DNA of 64,000 nt from Smithella sp. (GTDB taxonomy: Bacteria; Desulfobacterota; Syntrophia; Syntrophales; Smithellaceae): assembly GCA_049523355.1 (NCBI GenBank), contig JBEKMY010000001.1:76454-140453 (forward strand), in the 5' to 3' direction. Under the pieces are notes generated by a model, which did no database searches, was not told the origin of the DNA, and saw only the letters and a program-made list of their open reading frames with translations. Of the stretch, positions 48,595 through 57,488 are shown in pieces (position 1 is the stretch's first letter; every line of letters starts with the position of its first letter). Both the position numbers and the translations under genes were made by a program.

Positions 48595-50037
48595 ATGGAA
48601 TTGATATTTGAAATAAGCAAACCCGGACGAAGCGCCGCGGATATTTCCAAAAGCGATGTACCCGTTTTTAATATTGAAGATGCAATAAGTAAAAAATATC
48701 TGCGTAATGATCTTGATTTGCCGGAAGTTGCCGAAATTGATTTAATCAGGCATTACACAAATTTATCACGGCGTAATTTTGGTGTCGATCTGGGTTTCTA
48801 TCCTCTGGGTTCCTGCACAATGAAATACAATCCAAAAGTTAACGAGAATGTCGCAATGCTTCCCGGATTCACCGGATTACATCCTTATGCTGATGCTGAA
48901 TTTTCTCAGGGCAATCTGCAACTGATGTATGAAATGCAAAAATATTTATGCGGCATTTTCGGTATGGCTGAATTTACCCTGCAACCGGCGGCGGGCGCGC
49001 ATGGCGAACTTACCGGCATGATGATGATTAAAAAATATTTTGAAAAAAAAGGCCGGAAGCGCCGCGTTATTCTGATACCTGACGCCGCTCATGGAACCAA
49101 TCCGGCATCCGCCGCGCTTTGTGGATTTGATACGGTGGAGCTTCGTTCCAACAGCGAAGGAGGCGTTGATATTGAACACCTGCAGTCTTTGATGACGGAG
49201 GATGTGGCCGCTTTGATGCTGACCAATCCCAACACGCTGGGATTGTTTGAACGTAATATTGAGAAGGTGGCGCAAATTATTCACGATAAAGGCGGATTGC
49301 TCTATGGTGATGGCGCTAATGCCAATGCTTTTATGGGCAAAACCAGGCCGGGCGATTTGGGCTTCGATGTTATTCAACTCAACCTGCATAAAACATTTTC
49401 AACGCCGCATGGCGGCGGAGGACCCGGCAGCGGTCCTGTGGGTGTGGGTAAAGCTCTTATCGATTTTCTACCCATACCCCGTATTTTAAAAACCGGTGAT
49501 AAATATAGTTGGTCGGAAAAATTCCCGGATACTATCGGTCGCGTTCGCTCTTTTTACGGGAATTTTAATGTAATTGTGAAAGCCTATGCCTATATTCGCT
49601 CTTTAGGAGCGGAAGGATTAACGCATGCTACCGAAATGGCTGTGCTCAACGCCAACTACATCAAAGAAAAACTAAAACCATATTATGATTTGTCTTATGA
49701 TCGGGGCTGTATGCACGAGTGTGTGTTTTCAGGAAAGAGACAAGTTGCCGAAAATGGGGTGCACACGACGGATATTGCCAAAAAGTTGATTGATTATGGT
49801 TATCATCCGCCGACTATTTATTTTCCGTTGATTGTGCCTGAAGCGATTATGATTGAGCCAACGGAGACGGAAAGTAAAGAAACTCTGGATATTTTCTGTG
49901 AGGCCATGATTTCCATAGCCCGCGAGGCCAAAGAAAATCCTGACGGTGTGAAAAACGCGCCGCTGACAACGCCGGTTACCAGACTCGATGAAGTGCTGGC
50001 CGCGCGCAAACCGGATGTGTGCTGGAAAAAACCTTAG
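48595..50037 (+). CDS. gcvPB: Glycine dehydrogenase (decarboxylating) subunit 2
   Basis: 480 aa with the PLP-lysine region [16 protein letters not shown]. Confidence 0.95.
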   Translation: MELIFEISKPGRSAADISKSDVPVFNIEDAISKKYLRNDLDLPEVAEIDLIRHYTNLSRRNFGVDLGFYPLGSCTMKYNPKVNENVAMLPGFTGLHPYADAEFSQGNLQLMYEMQKYLCGIFGMAEFTLQPAAGAHGELTGMMMIKKYFEKKGRKRRVILIPDAAHGTNPASAALCGFDTVELRSNSEGGVDIEHLQSLMTEDVAALMLTNPNTLGLFERNIEKVAQIIHDKGGLLYGDGANANAFMGKTRPGDLGFDVIQLNLHKTFSTPHGGGGPGSGPVGVGKALIDFLPIPRILKTGDKYSWSEKFPDTIGRVRSFYGNFNVIVKAYAYIRSLGAEGLTHATEMAVLNANYIKEKLKPYYDLSYDRGCMHECVFSGKRQVAENGVHTTDIAKKLIDYGYHPPTIYFPLIVPEAIMIEPTETESKETLDIFCEAMISIAREAKENPDGVKNAPLTTPVTRLDEVLAARKPDVCWKKP

Positions 50038-50141
50038 GTTTTGTTCATTGAGGAGTGCCTGGCGCACAGGCTTGCCCTCGGCCTGATCGGGGATGGCAAT
50101 CCCGTTTCTATATGCGATTGTTAGCTCATGTAGAATAATCT

Positions 50142-51005
50142 ATGAATCAAATAAACGAAAAATCGCAAATCCTCCGCAAGCCTTCATGGTTAAAAGTTCG
50201 TCCTCCTTATTCCAATGAATGCCGCAATATAAAATTAACCCTTGCCGGGTTTCAATTGCATACTGTTTGTCAGGAAGCGGCCTGTCCAAATATGGCCGAA
50301 TGCTTTGCCAATGGCACGGCAACATTCCTGATTATGGGAAATGTTTGCACACGCGACTGCCTATATTGTAATGTCGAACACGGGAAACCCGCGGCAATTG
50401 ACGAAAAAGAAATTCATCATTTAATAGACGCTGCAAAAAAGATGAAACTGGAATATATCGTAATTACTTCCGTTACCCGCGATGATTTGCCGGATGGCGG
50501 AGCTTCGGTCTTTTCTCAATATGTCGGTGAATTGCGAAGGGCTTTGCCTGCCTGCAGGATAGAAATATTAATTCCCGATTTTGAGGGAAATCAAACGGCA
50601 CTGGAAAAAGTTATTCAGGCAAGGCCGGATGTAATCAACCACAATATGGAAGTTGTAAAACCAATGTTTGCGCAATTGAGGCCGCAGGGCAATTACGATG
50701 TTTCCCTTAATCTGCTCAAAAAAATAAGTTCATCTTCAGTTATTTCCAAAAGCGGTTTTATGATAGGCTTCGGAGAAAGCCGTGAGGATGTTCTTCGACT
50801 GATTGATGATCTGGCATGGGTTGACTGCGAGCGTCTGACCATCGGGCAATATCAGCAGCCGACGCTTAAACACTGGCCGGTGGCTAAATATTATCACCCT
50901 GATGAATTTGCCGGGTTCGAAGAAATAGCTTATAAGAAAGGTTTTAAATATGTGGAAGCGGGGCCGCTGGTGCGCAGCTCTTATCACGCCGCAAAAGCAC
51001 TTTAG
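50142..51005 (+). CDS. lipA: Lipoyl synthase
   Basis: CQEAACPN and CTRDCLYC clusters; 287 aa. Confidence 0.95.
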   Translation: MNQINEKSQILRKPSWLKVRPPYSNECRNIKLTLAGFQLHTVCQEAACPNMAECFANGTATFLIMGNVCTRDCLYCNVEHGKPAAIDEKEIHHLIDAAKKMKLEYIVITSVTRDDLPDGGASVFSQYVGELRRALPACRIEILIPDFEGNQTALEKVIQARPDVINHNMEVVKPMFAQLRPQGNYDVSLNLLKKISSSSVISKSGFMIGFGESREDVLRLIDDLAWVDCERLTIGQYQQPTLKHWPVAKYYHPDEFAGFEEIAYKKGFKYVEAGPLVRSSYHAAKAL

Positions 51006-51062
51006 AGGGTCGGGCATCCGTTTTGTATAATAACGTTGTGATACAAATGATGAGGTATAAAT

Positions 51063-52421
51063 ATGTCTGGGAATTATGATTTGATCGTAATCGGCGGTGG
51101 TCCGGGCGGGCTTGCCGCCGCGGAACTTGCCGCGGCAAGGGAAAAACGAGTCCTTATTATTGAAAAAGACGGTTGGGGCGGCACGTGCACACATCGGGGC
51201 TGTATACCAACCAAAGCGCTTCTTAGTTGCAGCAAATATTACGCGGATTTAAAAAAACTAAAAAGAATAGGAATTAATATAACGGACGCTTCCATTGATT
51301 TCTCCGCTATTAAAAAACATCAGCAGCAAATTATGAAAGTTTCCGCTTTGGGTGCGCAAAAAGTTCTTACCGAAGGCAAAGTAGAAACTAAATTGGGCAC
51401 TGGTGAAATTACTTCTCCCAAGGAAGTGCGTTTTACCGATGCGTCGGGAAAAAGCGAAAGCTTTTTTACCCAAAATATTATTATCACTTGGGGTTCTGTG
51501 CCGCAAATTCTTCCGGGAATTAATCTCTCCGAAAGAATTTTGACATCAGATGGTATACTGAATTTGACTTCACTTCCGTCAAGCATAATAATTGTCGGCG
51601 GCAGTGTCATCGGTGTGGAATTCGCGACCTTTTTTGCCGAACTGGGATCAAAAGTAACAATAGTGGAAATATTGGACAGGATCATTCCTCTTGAGGATCA
51701 GGAATGCGCGGAAATGCTGAGTCAGGAATTGATCCGCATGGGAGTTGCCGTTAACACTTCGACAAAACTTGAGAGCCTGAAAGATACAGGCAGCGGCATT
51801 ATAATGCTTGCCCGAAAGGATGGCAAACCATTGGAGATGAGCGCCGACTGTGCGCTTCTTTGCACGGGAAGAAAACCTTTGTTAAATACGGAAGAGTTAG
51901 ACAGACTGGGGATTGAATATACAAAGGCCGGAATAAAAATAGATAAAAATATGATGACTAATGTGGCCGGTATTTATGCGGTGGGCGACGTCACCGGCGG
52001 CATGATGCTGGCGCATCGGGCGATGCAGCAGGCAAAATTCGCGGCAGCATATATCTTTGGAGATAATGACTTTTCCTATAATGAAAACTTTATTCCTTCA
52101 GTTGTTTACAGTCATCCGCAGATTGCGCGTGTAGGTTTTACACAAAAACGCACCGAAGATGAAGGCCTTTCCGTAGAAGTTGTTAAATCCAATTACAGCG
52201 CCAACATTATTGCGCGTGCCGAATTGCTGGGACAGGGCTTTGTAAAAGCTATCTTCCATCAGGATAAACTTATCGGCGCGACGATTGCCGGCGAAGATGC
52301 CGCTGAGTTAATCGCACCTTTGATATTGGCCGTGTCCAATGGGTTAACCAAAAAGCAGATGCGGTCATGGGTGCTGCCGCATCCGACTTTGAGTGAAATA
52401 TTTGCATCACTTAGTGATTAA
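51063..52421 (+). CDS. lpdA: Dihydrolipoyl dehydrogenase (L protein)
   Basis: GGGPGG, redox disulfide GGTCTHRGCIPTK, and a C-terminal HPTLSE. Confidence 0.9.
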   Translation: MSGNYDLIVIGGGPGGLAAAELAAAREKRVLIIEKDGWGGTCTHRGCIPTKALLSCSKYYADLKKLKRIGINITDASIDFSAIKKHQQQIMKVSALGAQKVLTEGKVETKLGTGEITSPKEVRFTDASGKSESFFTQNIIITWGSVPQILPGINLSERILTSDGILNLTSLPSSIIIVGGSVIGVEFATFFAELGSKVTIVEILDRIIPLEDQECAEMLSQELIRMGVAVNTSTKLESLKDTGSGIIMLARKDGKPLEMSADCALLCTGRKPLLNTEELDRLGIEYTKAGIKIDKNMMTNVAGIYAVGDVTGGMMLAHRAMQQAKFAAAYIFGDNDFSYNENFIPSVVYSHPQIARVGFTQKRTEDEGLSVEVVKSNYSANIIARAELLGQGFVKAIFHQDKLIGATIAGEDAAELIAPLILAVSNGLTKKQMRSWVLPHPTLSEIFASLSD

Positions 52422-52452
52422 ACAAAGATTTTAAATGAAGCAGGAGCCTATT

Positions 52453-52803
52453 ATGAAATTAATAAATTATGAATCCGTTACACCAACTCATTTTGATAAT
52501 GATGCGGCCAGGGGAGTTGCCGGTCGTGTGGTGGCGGGCAAGGCTGACGGAGCGAAAAATTTTTGCATGCGGATTTTTGAAATTGCTCCGGGAGGGCATA
52601 CGCCGAAACACACTCATCCGTGGGAACATGAAATGTTTATTCACTCAGGTGTTGGTGAAATTTACGGTAACGGTAAGTGGAATCCGATCAAGCCGGGAAA
52701 TGTTGTTTTCATGCCTCCTGATGAAGAACATCAGGTTAGAAATACTGGCAAGGAACTCTTGATTCTGGCTTGTTTGGTGCCGTCAATCGCACCTGAATTA
52801 TGA
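52453..52803 (+). CDS. Cupin-domain protein
   Basis: AGGAG RBS before the ATG at 52453. Cupin motifs GGHTPKHTHPWEHEMF and GNVVFMPPDEEHQVRN. Confidence 0.75.
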   Translation: MKLINYESVTPTHFDNDAARGVAGRVVAGKADGAKNFCMRIFEIAPGGHTPKHTHPWEHEMFIHSGVGEIYGNGKWNPIKPGNVVFMPPDEEHQVRNTGKELLILACLVPSIAPEL

Positions 52804-52925
52804 TACCAAGCCGCATTCTTTGGCTAACTTTGTTAGCAGCGTCGTCGGCTTCCTCAACGTATTAGAAATACGCCTGCGGAGCCTCCTCCTTGCCGCCGCG
52901 TTATCCTTTGAATGCGACTTGGTAT
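52803..52925 (+). repeat. Intergenic repeat, family B, complete copy with 16-bp terminal inverted repeats (ataccaagccgcattc / gaatgcgacttggtat)
   Basis: The TIRs match 15/16. The central hairpin is cgtatt-aga-aatacg (52858-52872). It fills the convergent gap between the cupin gene and the FAD oxidoreductase gene. Confidence 0.7.
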
Positions 52926-52947
52926 AAAAATTTGTGTGATATTATAT

Positions 52948-54294
52948 TTAACGCGGGAATGACTTTACATACTCGGCTGATTTTTCGCCCGCCATATATC
53001 CTGTCGAGAAAGCGGCCTGCAAGTTATAGCCTCCGGTATCCGCGTCGATGTCCATAACCTCGCCGCAAAAGTACAATCCGTTGATTAATCGCGAAGCCAT
53101 TGTGCGCTGTTCTATCTCCGCAAGAGAAACACCTCCTGCCGTAACTATTGCCTTTTCCAGCGCTAAAGGTGATTTTATATTAAAGCGCAGCGCTTTGAGG
53201 ATCTCAACAATTTTCCCTCTTTCGAGGGCAGTGATCTGATGCGCCAGTTTTTCTTTATCAATGCCGGTCAATTCGATAAACGGTTCAATCATCTTGGCGG
53301 GCAGATATTCTTTCATGATGCCGCTGATTTTTCTTTTACTGGATTTGTCCATATCCCGCTGCAGGCGCTTGTGCAATTGTTCCGGGGTCAATGCCGGTTT
53401 TAAATCAATCAACAAAGATACAGGACCTTTCTCCAAAGCTTCAACAACAGACAGACTCATCAACAAAATAATCGGTCCGCCTAATCCGAAATGAGTGAAA
53501 AGCATTTCCCCGAAGCGGCTTTCAATTACCGGATGCCGCGGCGATTTTTTTTCTCCGCGGCCATATACGCAATCAGGCGTGAGAGTTGAATTAATTGAGG
53601 CCGCCATACCCTGAAACGCCGTTACGCGGACATTGCGCAGGCTCACTCCCTGCATGGATTGAGCAAGTTTTTGTTCATGCACAATCAAAGCCACTAATGC
53701 CGGTTTTAGTTTTACTATGTTGTGCCCCAGCGCGGCGCTGATTTTATAGCCATCGCCGGTGGAACCGGTAGATGGCCAGGTCGAGCCGCCCGTTGCCAGT
53801 ATAACCGCTTTGGAGAAATATTCTCCTTGCGATGTCCTGACACCGTAAACGACATTATTTTTTATTATAATTCCGGTAACCTTGGTATTCAGTTTTACAC
53901 GGACATTATTTTGAGAGAGATATTTTTTTAAAACACGTACGACATCATGAGCATCATCAGAGACAGGAAATATTCTACCGCCGCGTTCCACCTTGGTGGC
54001 GAGGCCGAGATTGTTCAAAAAAGCAAGCAACTCCGGACGGAAAAAATTATGAAAAGCGCTGAACAGGAAACGGCCGTTATCTCCATACATGGAAATAAAA
54101 TTCTTCAAATCCGCCGAATTGGTTAAATTACAACGTGTCTTGCCGCTGACCAGAATTTTTTTTCCGCAACTATCTGTTTTTTCAAGCAGTAAAACTCCAG
54201 CGCCCAATTCTCCGGCACGGCCCGCTGCCATAAGGCCGGCGGCCCCACCGCCAACAACAATAATATCGCCATTTGTTGCTTCTTCCATGTTCAT
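52948..54294 (-). CDS. HI0933/BaiN-like NAD(P)/FAD-dependent oxidoreductase
   Basis: DIIVVGGGAAGLMAAG Rossmann motif, and a C-terminal GGYNLQAAFSTG typical of the HI0933 family. The start is ambiguous (54312, 54294 or 54288). Confidence 0.75.
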   Translation of the reverse strand: MNMEEATNGDIIVVGGGAAGLMAAGRAGELGAGVLLLEKTDSCGKKILVSGKTRCNLTNSADLKNFISMYGDNGRFLFSAFHNFFRPELLAFLNNLGLATKVERGGRIFPVSDDAHDVVRVLKKYLSQNNVRVKLNTKVTGIIIKNNVVYGVRTSQGEYFSKAVILATGGSTWPSTGSTGDGYKISAALGHNIVKLKPALVALIVHEQKLAQSMQGVSLRNVRVTAFQGMAASINSTLTPDCVYGRGEKKSPRHPVIESRFGEMLFTHFGLGGPIILLMSLSVVEALEKGPVSLLIDLKPALTPEQLHKRLQRDMDKSSKRKISGIMKEYLPAKMIEPFIELTGIDKEKLAHQITALERGKIVEILKALRFNIKSPLALEKAIVTAGGVSLAEIEQRTMASRLINGLYFCGEVMDIDADTGGYNLQAAFSTGYMAGEKSAEYVKSFPR

Positions 54295-54428
54295 ATATTT
54301 GCATCTCCGCATTCCCTATGTGCCTAACATGAAAGGATATTATTGGTCAATCAGTGATTTATGGCAGCCAACGCATCCATGCAGCTTGCTGCGGCGCGCG
54401 CGAGCGAATATTGAATTATAATTTCCTT

Positions 54429-54445
54429 AAGAATCGAAGATTCTT
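54429..54445. promoter_or_regulatory. 17-bp palindrome aagaatc-gaa-gattctt, a candidate enhancer (UAS) site about 165 nt upstream of the sigma-54 promoter
   Basis: Perfect 7-bp arms read directly from the sequence. The distance upstream of the -24/-12 element is typical for bEBP sites. Confidence 0.3.
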
Positions 54446-54606
54446 TGCGGATTTCCTAGGAGAGGTTCGATATGTATGATGAATTATTCCCCACAGTAGG
54501 GTAATCATTCCCCATTTCGTGAATAAAAAATGGTAGACGTTTTTCATGAAAAAATATTAATCATTTATTTCAATAACATAGAAATTATAAATTAGTTTTT
54601 GTTTAT

Positions 54607-54622
54607 TGGCATACAAGTTGCT
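54607..54622 (+). promoter_or_regulatory. Sigma-54 (-24/-12) promoter TGGCAT-acaag-TTGCT
   Basis: It matches the consensus TGGCAC-N5-TTGCW, with GG and GC separated by exactly 10 nt. It lies 38 nt upstream of the ATG at 54660, with a GGAGG RBS in between. A sigma-54 activator gene lies 3 kb away. Confidence 0.7.
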
Positions 54623-54659
54623 TTAGTGCATATCAGAAATAATGTGGAGGTAGTTAATC

Positions 54660-55025
54660 ATGAAGAAAGCTTTATGGTATATGGTTGGCGCGATTTTCCT
54701 TTTGTCAACTTTAGCTTTTGCCGCTGATAAAACCGCTTCCCCAGTTAGGACAAATGTTGTAAAGGCCGCCAGGATGCATGCTACAGGAAAAGTTGTCGAA
54801 ATTTCCAATGAGTCAATTAAGATTGAACGCACCGTTAAAGGCGATATAGAAAACATGGAGTTTAATTTAGATAAGCCATCTGCCGGTATCATGGTAAATG
54901 ATCCCGTGAAAATAGATTACACGGAAAAAGATGGCAAACTAACAGCATCGAGAGTGGCCAAAGTCATTTTGAAGAAAAAAGAAGTTAAACCGTCTGGAGC
55001 AAAGTCGGCCTCAGATAAAAAATAG
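54660..55025 (+). CDS. Small secreted protein (121 aa), a beta-rich domain with a Lys-rich tail
   Basis: Signal peptide MKKALWYMVGAIFLLSTLAFA|AD, GGAGG RBS. I did not recognise a family. Confidence 0.65.
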   Translation: MKKALWYMVGAIFLLSTLAFAADKTASPVRTNVVKAARMHATGKVVEISNESIKIERTVKGDIENMEFNLDKPSAGIMVNDPVKIDYTEKDGKLTASRVAKVILKKKEVKPSGAKSASDKK

Positions 55026-55104
55026 TTGCAGTTTATTTGGAGTCCCTTAATTTTAAGGGGTATTATTAAAATAAAAAAAGTAATTTAACAAGGAGGGTTT
55101 TAAG

Positions 55105-55323
55105 ATGAAACGTTTAGGATTGTTTGTTATCGCATTGGTTTTCGCATTTTGCACCACCGTTATGGCTGCTGAGCCTGCTGCCGCTCCCGCTGCTGCTCCC
55201 GCTGCAGAAAAAGCTGCTCCCGCAAAAGCAGAGAAAGTAAAGAAAGCAAAGAAAGCAAAGAAAGCAAAGAAAGCAAAGAAAGCTGAAGAGAAAACTGAAG
55301 AAGCAGCACCCGCAGCAAAATAA
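55105..55323 (+). CDS. Small secreted Ala/Pro/Lys low-complexity protein (72 aa)
   Basis: AAGGAGG RBS. Signal peptide MKRLGLFVIALVFAFCTTVMA|AEP. The mature part is AAP repeats followed by (KKA)n, ending in EEAAPAAK. Confidence 0.65.
   Translation: MKRLGLFVIALVFAFCTTVMAAEPAAAPAAAPAAEKAAPAKAEKVKKAKKAKKAKKAKKAEEKTEEAAPAAK
55239..55283 (+). repeat. Perfect 9-bp tandem repeat aaagaaagc x5 (encodes the KKA repeats)
   Basis: Counted directly from the sequence; five identical units. Confidence 0.95.
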
Positions 55324-55350
55324 GGTTGTAAAAACTTTATGTAGTTCAAA

Positions 55351-55385
55351 TTAAGGGACAGGTATTACTTGTCCCTTAATTTTGA
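55351..55385 (+). terminator. Rho-independent terminator (ttaagggaca/tgtcccttaa followed by ttttgag)
   Basis: 10-bp stem plus T-run, 28 nt after the stop codon. Confidence 0.65.
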
Positions 55386-55427
55386 GTATATTAAAATAAA
55401 AAGTGATTTAACAAGGAGAATTTTAAG

Positions 55428-55736
55428 ATGAAGCGTTTAGTATTACTTGTAGTAGCATTAGTTTTCGCGTTTAGCACCACCGCAATGGCAGTTGATCAGG
55501 CAACAGTGGCCGACACAAAGGTTGAGAAAGCAGCAGTGAAAGCCGACGTAAAAGTTGATAAGGCCGCAGTGAAAGCCGACGCAAAGAAAGCCAAAGACGA
55601 AAAGAAAGCTGAAGCAAAGGCAGCCAAAGCCGCAGCGAAGGCCGACGCAAAGAAAGCCAAAGCTGAAAAGAAAGCCGATGCAAAGAAAGCTAAAGCCGAC
55701 AAGAAAGCTGAAGAAGCAGCTCCCGCAGCAAAATAA
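55428..55736 (+). CDS. Small secreted Ala/Lys low-complexity protein (102 aa), paralog of 55105-55323
   Basis: AAGGAG RBS. Signal peptide MKRLVLLVVALVFAFSTTAMA|VDQ. Repeats of the AAVKAD/AKKAKAEKKA type and the same C-terminus EEAAPAAK. The upstream 60 nt is nearly identical to that of 55105. Confidence 0.65.
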   Translation: MKRLVLLVVALVFAFSTTAMAVDQATVADTKVEKAAVKADVKVDKAAVKADAKKAKDEKKAEAKAAKAAAKADAKKAKAEKKADAKKAKADKKAEEAAPAAK

Positions 55737-55760
55737 GGTTGTAAAACTTTATAAGATTTG

Positions 55761-55797
55761 AAAGAAGGGACAGGTTAACCTGTCCCTTCTTTTTTTG
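55761..55797 (+). terminator. Strong rho-independent terminator (aaagaagggacagg-ttaa-cctgtcccttcttt followed by a T-run)
   Basis: 14-bp stem, 4-nt loop and a T-run. Confidence 0.85.
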
Positions 55798-55840
55798 TTT
55801 ACTGCTAGTTAATTATTTTTATTTTTGATATATTAACAAT

Positions 55841-57415
55841 ATGTTTATAAAAATATTCAATAAGATGGTCACTTACTATAATAATTTAACGGTGCGTGTA
55901 AGACTGATTGCGCTGACTGTTGTCGGCCTTGCTTTAACTATGGCCATTTGGGGATTTATTCAGCTTACGGCTCTGGATAGGATATTGGTCGATCAACAGG
56001 CAAAAAGACTTGAAGGCGTGGCTGATACAATCAGCACATTTTATCAATTTTTCCCGACAAAACGTGGACTTCTGGCACTTGATTCAGCTCTTAAAGATTT
56101 CATTCAAGACGATGTGCGTTTGGCGAGAATTGATATTTTTGATACCAGTCATAATGATGTTGATTATGTTGCCGGAGCCAGCCGGGTCCAATATGAATGG
56201 CCGGATGATATTGTTGCTTCCACCAGAGATAAAAATAAACCGCGTTATGTTAAAATAGAGACAGAAAGCGGTCCCGCGCTGGGTCTGCTTTATCCTGCTT
56301 CAGGAGAGACAAAAAATTCGCATATTGTTGTGGGTATTATTGGTTTTTCACGAGCGAATGCCGAAATTATAAGTAGAGCACAACAATTACTGATTTTCAG
56401 CAGTGTCGGATTATTAATGTTCATTCTTCTGGTATTAGGATTAAGTTATCGATGGATAATTGAAAGACCATTGAAACTGATCATTCAGACAATTGATGAA
56501 TTTCAAAAAGGACAATATGTAAACCGGATTCCCATAGCTCATCTGGATGAATGGGGACAGATATCTCATCACTTTAACATTATGGCTGATGAGATTCAGG
56601 ATGTAATGAATAGAAACCTTGATCTTAACAGGCATCTGGAAGACCGTGTCCGCGAAGAGACTCTCAATGTGGTTCAGTTGCAAAAACAAGTTGCTGATTT
56701 AAAACAATTAACTGCTTTAGGACAATTGACGGCTAATCTCGCTCATGATTTAGGCACGCCGCTTCATTCCATCGGCGGCCTGGCTAAACTTCTTTTGGAA
56801 AGAGGGGGATGGGCGCCGGACGTAGCCCATAAACTTAATTTGATTGTTCAGCAAACTCAACGATTGGATAACGTCATTCAAAATGTTCGCAGAGCCACGC
56901 GCCTTCCGGAACCTCATTTTGAAATGTTGACCATTGGGCAAATATTAAGTGAAACACTGCCTCTTGTCGAACCATTCATGCAAAAAAATAAAGTAGAAAT
57001 GAGAGTGAATATAGACGCGAATGTTAAACCTTTGTTCGTGGATCGTTATCGCATCCAGACAGCACTCATGAATATAATCCAAAACGCTCTAGAGGCAATG
57101 CCGCGGGGAGGAGAAATAAGTATATCGGCTCAAAATCTTTCCCCCAGAAATTTTGAGTCGATAACCATTAGTGATACAGGTGCGGGAATGACATCTGACA
57201 TCGTTGAAAAAGTGTGCGAACCGTTTTTCAGCACAAGGCAGGATGAGGGCTTGCGCGGGCTTGGATTGGCAATTGTCCGCGATATCATCAAAGTCCATCG
57301 CGGCACAATGGAAATAAAAAGTTCGCCCCAACAGGGAACATCCATTATTCTTTACCTGCCGTTATCGTATAATCAGGAGCATGACCAGCAAAAACCCGTT
57401 TCAAGGCAGAACTAA
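55841..57415 (+). CDS. Sensor histidine kinase (2 TM + periplasmic domain, HAMP, HisKA, HATPase_c)
   Basis: TM1 LIALTVVGLALTMAIWGF, TM2 LLIFSSVGLLMFILLVLGL, H-box LAHDLGTPLHSI, N-box QNALEAM and G-boxes DTGAGM / GLGLAIV. Confidence 0.85.
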   Translation: MFIKIFNKMVTYYNNLTVRVRLIALTVVGLALTMAIWGFIQLTALDRILVDQQAKRLEGVADTISTFYQFFPTKRGLLALDSALKDFIQDDVRLARIDIFDTSHNDVDYVAGASRVQYEWPDDIVASTRDKNKPRYVKIETESGPALGLLYPASGETKNSHIVVGIIGFSRANAEIISRAQQLLIFSSVGLLMFILLVLGLSYRWIIERPLKLIIQTIDEFQKGQYVNRIPIAHLDEWGQISHHFNIMADEIQDVMNRNLDLNRHLEDRVREETLNVVQLQKQVADLKQLTALGQLTANLAHDLGTPLHSIGGLAKLLLERGGWAPDVAHKLNLIVQQTQRLDNVIQNVRRATRLPEPHFEMLTIGQILSETLPLVEPFMQKNKVEMRVNIDANVKPLFVDRYRIQTALMNIIQNALEAMPRGGEISISAQNLSPRNFESITISDTGAGMTSDIVEKVCEPFFSTRQDEGLRGLGLAIVRDIIKVHRGTMEIKSSPQQGTSIILYLPLSYNQEHDQQKPVSRQN

Positions 57416-57488
57416 GAAATGCCCTGTTAATGTCTTGCCGGTAAAGTTCTGGTGTTGGGGATGATTTTAATTCTGTCGAAGTAGAAGA

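Noticed and set aside
50038-50141. Possible additional repeat copy in the gcvPB-lipA spacer (gaggagtgcctggcgcacaggc..., ggcaatccc)
   Set aside because: It shares only short words with the repeat families, and they are in non-collinear order. That is not enough to call a copy.
55053-55702. Antisense ORFs with FAFFAFFAFF- and LSLRR-type repeats (55053-55349, 55471-55683, 55496-55702)
   Set aside because: They are mirror images of the Lys/Ala codon repeats on the plus strand. The plus-strand ORFs have RBSs, signal peptides and terminators, and the antisense ORFs have none of these.
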